DNA from: SAR202 cluster bacterium
GTDB taxonomy: Bacteria; Chloroflexota; Dehalococcoidia; Lucifugimonadales; UBA826
Direction: 5' to 3'
DNA: 64,000 nucleotides
Assembly (NCBI GenBank): GCA_022447825.1
Contig: JAKUTY010000001.1
Location: 4,599 to 68,598, forward strand
Both the position numbers and the translations under genes were made by a program. Positions 1 to 9,400 of this stretch are shown here, in pieces; within the stretch, counting starts at the first letter, position 1, and the number at the start of each line of letters is the position of its first letter. The notes under the pieces are model-generated. The model was not told the DNA's origin. It worked only from the letters and a program-made list of their open reading frames with translations, and searched no databases.

Positions 1-2
1 GA

Positions 3-710
3 CCTCAAGTAAAATTTTCATCATTAAATTCAGAAAGAGACATTCAAGTCATATTAGAAAGTAATTCATCAAAAAGTAAGATGATTATTTCCGAACTTAT
101 GATCATATTCAATCAATTCGCTGCAATTTTTTGTTACACAAACAAAATACCTGCTATATATAGAACCCAAGAAATCATAGATTTACCTGAATTCACATAT
201 TCTAATGCGTATTCTTGGTACAAAACTTCTCAACACTTGAGGCCCGCAAGAATATCTACTTCTCCTAGAGAACATTCTGGATTAGGTACAGCTTTATATT
301 TACAAGCAACATCTCCATTAAGAAGATTTTCTGATTTAGTCATGCAACGTCAAATTAAAAATGCAATAGACTCAAAAGATACGCAATACGATATTAAAGA
401 AATTTCTTCAATTGGTGTATACGGGGAATCTTTGGCCAAAAATTTAAGCAGAATAGAAGAATCTAGAAAAAAATATTGGTTTTTAGTCTATTTAAAGCAA
501 TTTCTAAACAAATCATCTGCTGCAATTTTTGAAGGAATAGTCTTAGAAACTGAAGGAAACACTTTGGGAAGATTGTTTGAATTGCAGAATTTTCCATTCA
601 GATTCAGATGCGAGATTTCAAAATCTATTCGAGAAGGCCAAAAAATTACTGTTAATCTGAAATCTGTAGACTTATGGAATAGGACGGCTCAATTTTCCAT
701 AACACATTAG
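3..710 (+). CDS. RNase II/R-family 3'-5' exoribonuclease, C-terminal part (5' end lies upstream of the window)
   Basis: Frame is open from the window edge, with no stop between nt 3 and the listed ORF at 81. Contains the RNB-domain signature HSGLGTALYLQATSPLRRFSDLVMQRQ, followed by an S1-like C-terminal segment. Confidence 0.8.
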   Translation, partial: PQVKFSSLNSERDIQVILESNSSKSKMIISELMIIFNQFAAIFCYTNKIPAIYRTQEIIDLPEFTYSNAYSWYKTSQHLRPARISTSPREHSGLGTALYLQATSPLRRFSDLVMQRQIKNAIDSKDTQYDIKEISSIGVYGESLAKNLSRIEESRKKYWFLVYLKQFLNKSSAAIFEGIVLETEGNTLGRLFELQNFPFRFRCEISKSIREGQKITVNLKSVDLWNRTAQFSITH

Positions 711-785
711 TGGTCGGGGTGGTCGGGATCGAACCGACGACCCCCGGTTCCCAAAACCGGTGCGCTACCGCTGCGCCACACCCCG
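711..785 (-). tRNA. tRNA-Pro (anticodon UGG) with encoded CCA
   Basis: The reverse complement folds as a cloverleaf. Acceptor CGGGGTG/CACCCCG, D-stem GCGC/GCGC, anticodon stem CCGGT/ACCGG with loop TTTGGGA (anticodon TGG, G37), T-arm GTCGG-TTCGATC-CCGAC, discriminator A, CCA. It is a GC-rich island in AT-rich DNA. Confidence 0.95.
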
Positions 786-907
786 ACAAAATCATTAGGC
801 GTATAAGAGTACATTTTCATAAGCTATAGGTAAAGCATCATTTTTTTGATAATGTAAAAAATTTTATATTCATGTAGAATTTTCCCCCTATAATAAAGGA
901 GAAAAAA

Positions 908-1663
908 ATAGACTCTCAAAAGATTCAAGCACTTTTTCAACAGCTACTCGATGGTGACATTGCGATAGAAGAAGCTGTTCAAAGTTTGAAAACTCTGCCT
1001 TTTGAAGATTTAGGATTTGCTCAAGTAGATCATCATAGATACCTCAGGCAAGGCTTCCCTGAAGTAGTATTTGGCCAAGGAAAAACTCCAGAACAAATAG
1101 CACAAATAGCTGCTAGTATTTCTAAAAAGTCGTCTAAATTTCTTGTAACTAGAGCAGAAGAAGATGCTTATAAAGAAGTAATTAAATTAGTACCTGAAGC
1201 AAAATTCAACGAATTAGCTAGAGTGATTTACTTCGATCAAAACAATTCTCCTACTGAAAAAATTAAGGGCCTCTCAGTAATCTGCGCAGGCACGTCTGAT
1301 TTGCCAGTTGCCTTAGAAGCTTCAATCACCGCAGAATTAATGGGTTGCGAGGTACTACAAATCTTTGATGTAGGGGTAGCAGGGATCCACAGGCTATTTG
1401 ATAAGCTAAATGTGATTAGAGAATCAAAAGTTTTAGTTGTTGTAGCAGGTATGGAAGGGGCATTACCTTCTGTAATTGGAGGATTAGTAGATATCCCTAT
1501 CATTGCTGTACCTACTAGTGTAGGTTATGGAGCTAGTTTTGGAGGATTATCTGCATTATTAGGCATGTTAAACAGTTGTGCACCTGGGATTTCTGTTGTA
1601 AATATTGACAACGGATTTGGAGCCGGATACTTCGCAGGAAATTTAATAGTAAATAATAAATAA
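908..1663 (+). CDS. larB: LarB-type AIR-carboxylase-family protein (nickel-pincer cofactor biosynthesis, PurE-like)
   Basis: Motifs LPFEDLGFAQVDHHR, ICAGTSDLPVA, VVAGMEGALPSV, AVPTSVGYG. The first canonical start is TTG 986, but the frame is open from 878 and AAGGAG (896-901) sits 6 nt before ATA 908. The start is therefore uncertain (908 vs 986). Confidence 0.85.
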   Translation: MDSQKIQALFQQLLDGDIAIEEAVQSLKTLPFEDLGFAQVDHHRYLRQGFPEVVFGQGKTPEQIAQIAASISKKSSKFLVTRAEEDAYKEVIKLVPEAKFNELARVIYFDQNNSPTEKIKGLSVICAGTSDLPVALEASITAELMGCEVLQIFDVGVAGIHRLFDKLNVIRESKVLVVVAGMEGALPSVIGGLVDIPIIAVPTSVGYGASFGGLSALLGMLNSCAPGISVVNIDNGFGAGYFAGNLIVNNK

Positions 1664-1675
1664 TCAGAGGTCAGC

Positions 1676-3262
1676 ATGACTATTGAATATCCCGTAGGCA
1701 TCAAATCTATTGATGAATCTCCAATTAGTGGATTAAAACATTCTGATTATCATTCTGACAAAATCTTGCACAGAACAATTCTGATAAGTAATTTTGAACA
1801 ATCAAAATCGATGAATGACTCTCAGTTTTCTGAACTATTAGAAACGCTGCATCAATCAAATCAAATCACTTATTTAGCTTCAAATTTAAATAATCAGAAA
1901 TTGATGATCAAAGACAATATATTTCCACCTATAAGCGGTTTTACTTTTGAAACTAACTCTTCAGATGATATCTACATTTGGAGATGGATCACAATGGAAT
2001 CTCCAGATTTTGTGATTATGGCAAATATTGGTTCTGAAGAGAAAATAGGATTATATGGATTTGAAGATAATCATTTTATACATAATTTTTTAAAATCTAC
2101 TAATTCTGAAACAAATCATTTTTTAAAATCTTTATCTGAAAAAAGCAATCAATCTCCAGGAGAAATACCATCAATCGAGTTAAGTGGTTCATTTTTACAA
2201 ATCAAAATTCATTTAGAAAATCTTGTTAAATCTATAAACCAATCTGCTGTGACAATCAGTTCAGCAAGAAAAGAAATTCAAAGAAGACAACAAAGAACTC
2301 CAAATCAAGTATCAAAAATATTATCCCAAGTTTACGGACATAAATTAGATCAGCCAATTAATTATATTCAAGGGGTATCTATAAGTGGTCGAATAAGACT
2401 CTCAAAACTGGACCAAAGCCACTCAAAAAACATCGATGACATTCCAGAATTTGTAAGCTTTCTTTTAGATGAAAATAATTTTATAGAAAACACTAAAACC
2501 GGCCCCAACTTAGCCGGTATTTGCTGGGCGGATGAATTATCAGAAGCAACTTCAGATCAAAAATGGAATGACCTAATAATTAAAACTGCTGATATTTATG
2601 AATCTAGAGGAGAGGGTTGCTCACCAAAACCATGTGATCCTGATTTCGGTTGTGAAGATATGTTTTTCATATCCACTATGCTAGGAAGGGCTTACAAAAT
2701 TTCTAAAAACGACACGTATTTAAATATGATCATAAATTATTTAAACGATGCAAACACACAACAAAAAAATGGGCTATTTTTTCATAATAGAATCACTCCA
2801 TACTTTTGGGGAAGAGGTAATGGTTTTGCAGCTCTTGCTTACGCTGAAGCATTAAATTACATTCCTGATAATCATCCACAAAAAAAAATTCTGATTGAAA
2901 AACATATAAGTCACATTAACGCTTTAATTCAAGTCCAATCCCCCACTGGAATGTGGAGACAAGTACTTGACGAAGAAGGTTCATACCAAGAATTATCTGC
3001 AACATGTATGATTGGATACGCAATTACCCGTGGGTTCAAATCTGGAATATTAAAAAAAGATCATATGGATTCAGCAATAAAAGCTTGGAAAGGTACGTTA
3101 TCAAGAATTGATGATGGTGGGGGATTAACTGATGTGTGTACCGGTACAGGATTTCAATCAAAAAAATCAGACTACCTATATCGAAAAGCTGAGTTTGGAT
3201 ACGATGACAGAGGAGGATCAATGGCAATTTGGTTCTCTACAGAAATTGAGAACTTAATATAA
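1676..3262 (+). CDS. Two-part protein: unrecognised N-terminal ~300 aa plus a GH88/GH105-like (unsaturated glucuronyl/rhamnogalacturonyl hydrolase fold) C-terminal domain
   Basis: The C-terminal half carries YFWGRGNGFAALAYAEAL and WRQVLDEEGSYQELSATCMIGYAI, which resemble the (alpha/alpha)6 GH88/105 signatures. The N-terminal half is not recognisable by eye. Confidence 0.5.
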   Translation: MTIEYPVGIKSIDESPISGLKHSDYHSDKILHRTILISNFEQSKSMNDSQFSELLETLHQSNQITYLASNLNNQKLMIKDNIFPPISGFTFETNSSDDIYIWRWITMESPDFVIMANIGSEEKIGLYGFEDNHFIHNFLKSTNSETNHFLKSLSEKSNQSPGEIPSIELSGSFLQIKIHLENLVKSINQSAVTISSARKEIQRRQQRTPNQVSKILSQVYGHKLDQPINYIQGVSISGRIRLSKLDQSHSKNIDDIPEFVSFLLDENNFIENTKTGPNLAGICWADELSEATSDQKWNDLIIKTADIYESRGEGCSPKPCDPDFGCEDMFFISTMLGRAYKISKNDTYLNMIINYLNDANTQQKNGLFFHNRITPYFWGRGNGFAALAYAEALNYIPDNHPQKKILIEKHISHINALIQVQSPTGMWRQVLDEEGSYQELSATCMIGYAITRGFKSGILKKDHMDSAIKAWKGTLSRIDDGGGLTDVCTGTGFQSKKSDYLYRKAEFGYDDRGGSMAIWFSTEIENLI

Positions 3263-3283
3263 TGACTTTAATTGGAGAAAATC

Positions 3284-4348
3284 ATGGAAATTGGATTGGG
3301 CCTAGATCCCACACTTAGACTAAGCTTAGAAGAACAAAATCAACTTAGTGAAACAGCCACACAACTGGGTTATCAAAGCATTTGGACACCAGAAGGCACA
3401 GGACAAGATTCATATCAAATTTGTTTGAGAAGATGGGAAGCAACAACTAATATTATCCCAGAGGGAATCACTACAGGAATTGCAGTTTCACCAGTGATTT
3501 GGAGATCACCTATGGCTTTCGCTATGGCTGGTGGTACTGTAAGCCAAATATCCAACGGAAAATTCATAATGGGATTAGGCTCAGGAGGGACTTATAGACC
3601 TGGCGCTATGAATAGTTTAGGCAAATCCAAAATTTCTGTACTTTCATTAATGAGAGATTATGTAACTATTGTAAGGAAACTTGTTAATGGTGAAACCGTC
3701 TCATACCGCGGTAAAACTGAAACGTTATTAGAAGAACAACTGGCAATCTTTCCACCCCCAAAAACACCAATTTATTTGGGTGCACTAGGTCCAAAAATGC
3801 TGTCATTAGCTGGAGAATTAGCTGATGGAGCAGCATTAAATTGGTGTAATCCAGAACAAATTGAATGGAGTAAACAACAAGTTCAATATGGAGCAGAAAA
3901 AGCTGACAGAGATCCTTCTGAAATCAAAATCTCGGAATACATAAGAATTTGTGTAGATGACGAGGATGAAGATCGAGCAAGAATTGCTCTTGCTAAAGCC
4001 ACAATTGGATATGCTCTAGGGCCTACAATCCCAACTGAAAAAGAAAGGCAATTAGGATACAGAGCTCATTTTGAACGAATGGGATTTGAAAAAGAATTAG
4101 CAGACTTAGATCAAATGAGATCTAAAGGAGCCTCTAGAGACGAGATAGCAGAAGCATTTCCCACAAAAATCCTAAGTACTGTTGGATATTTCCGCTCATC
4201 AGATGGAGCCGCAAAAGCGTTTGCAAATCTTTCTCAAGGTTTAGACACCGCAATAGTCCGAGTAGTAACTTCAAGACCTGGCAATATTGACGGTGCTCTT
4301 GATGTAATCAAAGCATGTGCACCTGAAAAAATTCAATCTCACCTATAA
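3284..4348 (+). CDS. Luciferase-like monooxygenase (LLM) class flavin/F420-dependent oxidoreductase
   Basis: TIM-barrel LLM pattern (GYQSIWTPEG, GLGSGG, IYLGALGPKMLSLAGELADGA). ATG 3284 is preceded by GGAG (3274-3277); the ORF track starts at TTG 3272. Confidence 0.75.
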   Translation: MEIGLGLDPTLRLSLEEQNQLSETATQLGYQSIWTPEGTGQDSYQICLRRWEATTNIIPEGITTGIAVSPVIWRSPMAFAMAGGTVSQISNGKFIMGLGSGGTYRPGAMNSLGKSKISVLSLMRDYVTIVRKLVNGETVSYRGKTETLLEEQLAIFPPPKTPIYLGALGPKMLSLAGELADGAALNWCNPEQIEWSKQQVQYGAEKADRDPSEIKISEYIRICVDDEDEDRARIALAKATIGYALGPTIPTEKERQLGYRAHFERMGFEKELADLDQMRSKGASRDEIAEAFPTKILSTVGYFRSSDGAAKAFANLSQGLDTAIVRVVTSRPGNIDGALDVIKACAPEKIQSHL

Positions 4349-4355
4349 TAATTTA

Positions 4356-4532
4356 ATGGAAATTGCACAACAAACACAATTACTTATCAATTTGATGGAT
4401 CATATTCCTCCATGCCAAAGTTGTGGGATGAGGTGGAGTACTGGGGATTATGAATGTCCTCATTGCGGAGAAGATCAATATGAAAAGTTATACCAATGGG
4501 CTGAACTTGTGATAGAGAAACTATCTGAATAA
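4356..4532 (+). CDS. Small zinc-ribbon-like protein (hypothetical)
   Basis: CQSCG...(9 aa)...CPHCG pair of CxxC knuckles. Likely start is ATG 4356 inside ORF 4317..4532. No clear SD. The 3' end overlaps the convergent ASST gene. Confidence 0.35.
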   Translation: MEIAQQTQLLINLMDHIPPCQSCGMRWSTGDYECPHCGEDQYEKLYQWAELVIEKLSE

Positions 4533-5591
4533 ATTCACTATAACTTCATCTGAAAGTGAATATTTATGTGCTCTAAAAACTTGATTGGTATCGAAATCTC
4601 CTCTCAGGGAATTAACAAAATATGGATTTATGTATTCCCAAACAATCTGTTTCGATTCTGTCACCTCAAAAATTCTTCCGTGAGCTCCCTCACATATAAA
4701 AGTATTCCCATTGAATAACCTTTGTGCGCTACTAACGTTAAAACTATAAAAACTATTTGGTGGAGATCCGGAATACTGCCAAACAATTTCATTTCTAAAA
4801 GGATTGACTTCAATCACCCTTGAATGCTCTAAAGATTTAGAATGACTTCCATTATCGAATAATAAAATATTCAGATTAGATAATTGTGTAGGGTGATGCT
4901 GATGAAATGTTTCACCAGGACCCCATTTCCATAAAAAACCTTGATTTTCTGAACCCAATATACCGACAGTGTGAGTACTTCTAAAACTTACTAAAAAATT
5001 ATTATCTAGTGTTAAATTAAGACTATTAGCATGAGTCCATTCTCTACGAGACTCCAAAGGACAGATCACATCTTGTGTGAAATCCAAATGATCATAAATT
5101 TGAATTTTTTCAAGAATCTCTCCTTTTTGAGAAATTCGAATGATTGAATCTCCTAAAATATATTCTGAAGGACCGTCTGAGTATCCCCCTAAAACTTTAG
5201 ACGTAAAATCTTCCCCTAAAATATCAAACAACAATACATAAGTTTCTCCATTTTTTAATCTAATAAAATCATGGTGAATCATTGGATTTTCGTATTCCCA
5301 AACTACATTAGAATTTCTATCCAATTCAATTAATTTATTTGATGACCCTCCCACATCTTTAACAAATTTATTTTCTTTAGGCGGGTTTGTTCTACACAAA
5401 AGATTACCATTGGGTAACAAGTAACCGTAGGTAATTCCATCAGGATTTTCCCATTTGTGAACTTCGTTACCGTCAACATCAATTAAGACAGCAAAATCTC
5501 CTCCGATAGAACTGAACAAAACAAAGCCTTCACATAAAGAAGATTCATCTTTATAAATCAACCCTAAGGGATGATGAATAGACCTACCCAT
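4521..5591 (-). CDS. Arylsulfotransferase (ASST)-family beta-propeller protein, no signal peptide
   Basis: Repeated WEY/WKW blades. The motifs HHDFIRLKNGETYVLLF and WTHANSLNL are typical of ASST/Arylsulfotran_2 proteins. The ATG lies 3 nt after the rhodanese TAA. Confidence 0.6.
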   Translation of the reverse strand: MGRSIHHPLGLIYKDESSLCEGFVLFSSIGGDFAVLIDVDGNEVHKWENPDGITYGYLLPNGNLLCRTNPPKENKFVKDVGGSSNKLIELDRNSNVVWEYENPMIHHDFIRLKNGETYVLLFDILGEDFTSKVLGGYSDGPSEYILGDSIIRISQKGEILEKIQIYDHLDFTQDVICPLESRREWTHANSLNLTLDNNFLVSFRSTHTVGILGSENQGFLWKWGPGETFHQHHPTQLSNLNILLFDNGSHSKSLEHSRVIEVNPFRNEIVWQYSGSPPNSFYSFNVSSAQRLFNGNTFICEGAHGRIFEVTESKQIVWEYINPYFVNSLRGDFDTNQVFRAHKYSLSDEVIVNLFR

Positions 5592-5594
5592 GAA

Positions 5595-6431
5595 TTAATC
5601 CAAAGTCAACGGGGTTTGATCATTGTTAGCCCACTCACCCATAGAACCATCATAGTTTCTTACTTTCTCATATCCCAACATTTTTAAAACAAAATATACG
5701 TGCGCCGCACGAATTCCACCTTGTCAATAAGTCACAATTTCCTTCTCGTGAGTAATACCATTTAAGTCTAATATTTCTTGAATTTCCCTCTTAGACTTAA
5801 AAGTTTGAAATTGATCTTTATTTAAAAAATTAGTCCATTCAATATGAACTGAACCGGGAACATGACCGGTTCGGTTATTTCCTCTAGAATTAGAACCATC
5901 CCATTCTCCATCAGATCTAACATCTAAAAATATTACATTTTCATTATTTACCCTATCTACACCTTGATCTAAGGTACAAATTAAATCAGGATTAGATTTA
6001 GGGGTAAATTCAACGAGATTAGTGTTTTTAATTTCATTTGAAATTGGACGACCTTCATCAAACCATTTTTTCCAACCCCCATCCAAAACCTTAGCATTTG
6101 AATGTCCATAATAATTTAATACCCACCAAAATCTAGCTGCCCATAAGCCTCCACCACTGTCATAAGCTACTACAGTAGTATCATCACCAATACCTATATC
6201 TTCAAAAATTTCTTTGACAACATCTGGGTCAGCAACCCATGGATATTCTTTTGGATACTTCGCATACTCTGGATGTTTGATGTAATGATGTACTTTAATT
6301 CCCACAGCACCAAAAATATGTGCTCTTACAAAAGAATCATAAATATCACAATCGACTATACAAATATTTGGATTATCTAACGATTTTCCTAACCATTCAG
6401 TTGAAACTAAAAAGTCATTGTTTTCATTCAT
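5595..6431 (-). CDS. Two-domain rhodanese (thiosulfate/3-mercaptopyruvate sulfurtransferase) with an in-frame TGA (5724-5726) at the catalytic Cys position; candidate selenoprotein
   Basis: The ORF-track product ends ...EKEIVTY at TGA. The same frame then continues QGGIRAAHVYFVLKMLGYEKVRNYDGSMGEWANNDQTPLTLD to TAA 5595-5597. This completes the active-site loop [C/U]QGGIR and the conserved rhodanese C-terminus. Confidence 0.85.
5699..5711 (-). promoter_or_regulatory. SECIS-like stem-loop 12 nt downstream of the in-frame UGA
   Basis: The mRNA reads UGA CAAGGUGGAAUU CGUGC-GGC-GCACG. The 5-bp GC-rich stem can be extended by flanking A-U/G-U pairs. It is built from the GC-rich codons CGT GCG GCG CAC, which are atypical for this AT-rich genome. 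Confidence 0.5.
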
Positions 6432-6474
6432 CTAAAAACTCCGTAATATCTTTAAAATAAAAAATGAGGAAATA

Positions 6475-9400
6475 TTGAAATTTCAGATTAATCAGCAGAC
6501 CCTACTATACACATTTCTTTTTGTATTGATAGCCACATTATCAATATTTAGTAGATTTTTTGGGATTTTTTGGGACGAAGGTTTTTATTACACTCCTCAT
6601 CCAGATGAAAGAGCCATTCTGATGAAAGTCGAAGAACTCAAAATTCCAAAAATTTCAGAATTAAACTTATTACTCTCTGCCCAAGAAAGTTTATGGAACA
6701 CAAAATGGTTCCCGTATGGAACATTCCCCATTTATTTCTTGAAAATTGTGTCCGCAGTAAATGATTTTAATGTTGACATTAGAATTGTGGGAAGATCAAT
6801 ATCAGCATTGTGCGACTTGATGACAATCGTTGGGGTGTTTTTTCTAGGTAAATCAATTTTCAACAAAAATGTAGGAATTCTTTCAAGCCTACTTGTATGT
6901 TTGGCACCAATCCATATACAACTCTCTCACTTTTTTGCATTCGACACCATTCTGACTATGTTTTGTGTTTGGTCAATATATTTTCTATTTTTAGTCAGTA
7001 AGTATGGTCATTTAAAATACTCAATTATTTCTAGTGTGATTATATTTTTAGGAATTGGCACTAAAGTAAGTATTGCACCTATATTAGTTAGTTTTTTAAT
7101 TGCCCACATCTTTTTTTATTTTCAATCTAATCAAAATAACCCCCTAAAAGTTATTTCAAACTTTTCTATAGGGCTATTTTTAGGATTAATTATCTATTTT
7201 ATTGTTTCTCCATACACTTTTATAGATTTCCAACGATTTATTTCAGATTTCACTGAACAATCTGAAATGGTGAGAAGAATAAGAGACTATCCATATACAA
7301 GAACATATATCAATACAACTCCATATATTTACCAAATTAATCAAATGTGGAAATGGCTCTTAGGGTTACCCCTTACACTATTTTGTCTGATTGGATTTTT
7401 GATTTATTTAACAAAACCTTTTTCTAAACTCAAATTTAAAATGATTCCCTTGACACTTTTGGCATTTTTAGCATCTTTACTCATTATCAATAATTCTTCT
7501 TTTTTAATCCTAGTTGTTCTATTAATATGTACAGCTTATTTTTTGATAACATACATCAAACCGATCACCCTAAAATCTGACTTAGGCATCGCATTAATTC
7601 TTAGTTGGATAATTCCTTACTTTTTGATCACAGGAAGTTTTGATGTAAAGTTCAACAGATATTTAATTCCAATAATTCCATTCTTAATAATCTTAGGAAG
7701 TGGTTATTGCCTGCATTTATTCAACTCTTCTAGTAAAAAAGTACTTTTTTTACTATTAGGAATATTTGTTGTGTTTTCTTCAGCCATTCTTAGTTGGGGT
7801 ATTTTAAACATTTACTCTTCAGATCACCCCGCTGTTTCAGCATCAAAATGGGTAAATAAAAATATTGAGCCTGGATCCATCATATTAAAGGAACATTGGG
7901 ATGAATCTTTGCCTGATTTAAGTAAATACACACTAGAAGATCTACCAATTTACGAACCAGATACCATATCTAAAATCACACAAATGTCTCATCAACTATC
8001 TAATGCAGACTACATAATTATTTACAGTAACAGACTTTATGGAACAGTAACCAGGCTGCCGGAAAGATATCCATACATGTCCAATTATTACAATTCTCTA
8101 TTTGGTGGTAATTTAGGCTATGAACTAAAACATTTCGAAGAAAAAAATATTTCCATTCTAGGATTTCCATTATATGAAGAAACATTTAATAGTGTTGGCC
8201 TACCAAACCCCCTACCCCAAAACAGCTCTAATAAATTTATAAGTTTCTCTTCTGATAAAACTTTTTCATCATACGATCATCCTAAAATTTTAATTTATGA
8301 GAACAAACAAAAATTTTCACGTGAAAATCTTCAAAACAAATTGCTACATGACTCATCAGCAGGGCCCAAAGAACTTCAATTTGAAGATGATTTACTGAAT
8401 TCTCAAAGAGATGGTGGAACCTGGAATAAAATTTATAACATTCAAACTTCATCAAATTGGATAAGTTCAATTAAATGGTTTTTTACAATAGAACTACTAG
8501 CACTTATATCTATCCCAATTACTTTTTTTATTTTAAATAAATTTCAATATAGAGGATTTTTACTCAATAAAGTTTTCGGATTATTGATTCTGGGTTACAT
8601 CTCTTGGTTATTAAATAGTATCCAAATTCTAAAATTTTCATCAAACAATCTTTGGTTAATTATATTTCTTGGATCTCTCATTTCAGCATATTTATTTTAT
8701 CGTCAATTTCAAGAGATCAAAGATTTTTTCTATGCCAAGTGGAAAGATATTGCTGCCTTAGAAATATTTTATATTGCCGCATTTATTTTGTTTCTTTTTA
8801 TTAGACTGTTAAATCCTGATCTTTGGCACCCTTTCAGGGGTGGAGAAAAACCAATGGATTTAGCCTACTTAAATGCCGTAATTAAATCGACATATATGCC
8901 CCCATACGATCCTTGGTTTTCAGGTGGATATCTAAATTATTATTACTTCGGTCAATATTTAATTGGATGCCTAGTCCATTTGACAGGAATCCCAACAGAA
9001 ATTTCTTATAATCTATCTATTCCTTTCTTGTATGCAACAAGTGCTTCAATAGCTCTTACATTAGGAATAAATCTAATTTCATTTGATAAAAGCACTACTA
9101 AAAAACATATTGGAATCATCATTGGCTTTTTAACATTCATCATGGTGTGTGTTCTTGGTAATCTTGATGGATTATTCCAAGTGTTTAGTATGCTAACTAA
9201 TTATATTAATGGATCTCAAATTACTGGATTTAACTTTTGGCAAAGTAGTCGAATAATGACGCCCGATCCTCCAGGGTTTGAAATTAATGAATTCCCATTT
9301 TTCACTTTCTTATTTGCAGACTTACATGCTCATTTAATTAGTATCCCGTTCCTATTAGGAATTTTGTGCGTATGTTTAAATCTAATTAAATCTACCAGAA

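Noticed and set aside
711-985. tRNA-Pro as an integration site for a genomic island
   Set aside because: No integrase, recombinase or duplicated tRNA 3' segment is seen downstream. The flanking genes are ordinary housekeeping genes with the same composition.
5724-5726. Genome-wide reassignment of UGA (to Gly as in code 25, or to Trp as in code 4) as the explanation for the two in-frame TGAs
   Set aside because: RF2 is present with its UGA-dependent autoregulatory frameshift (58790-58796). TGA also serves as the apparent stop of well-delimited genes, for example nuoI at 36177-36179, nuoJ at 36722-36724 and maf at 63038-63040. In addition, the two in-frame TGAs occupy different residue types (catalytic Cys versus Gly), so one reassignment cannot explain both.
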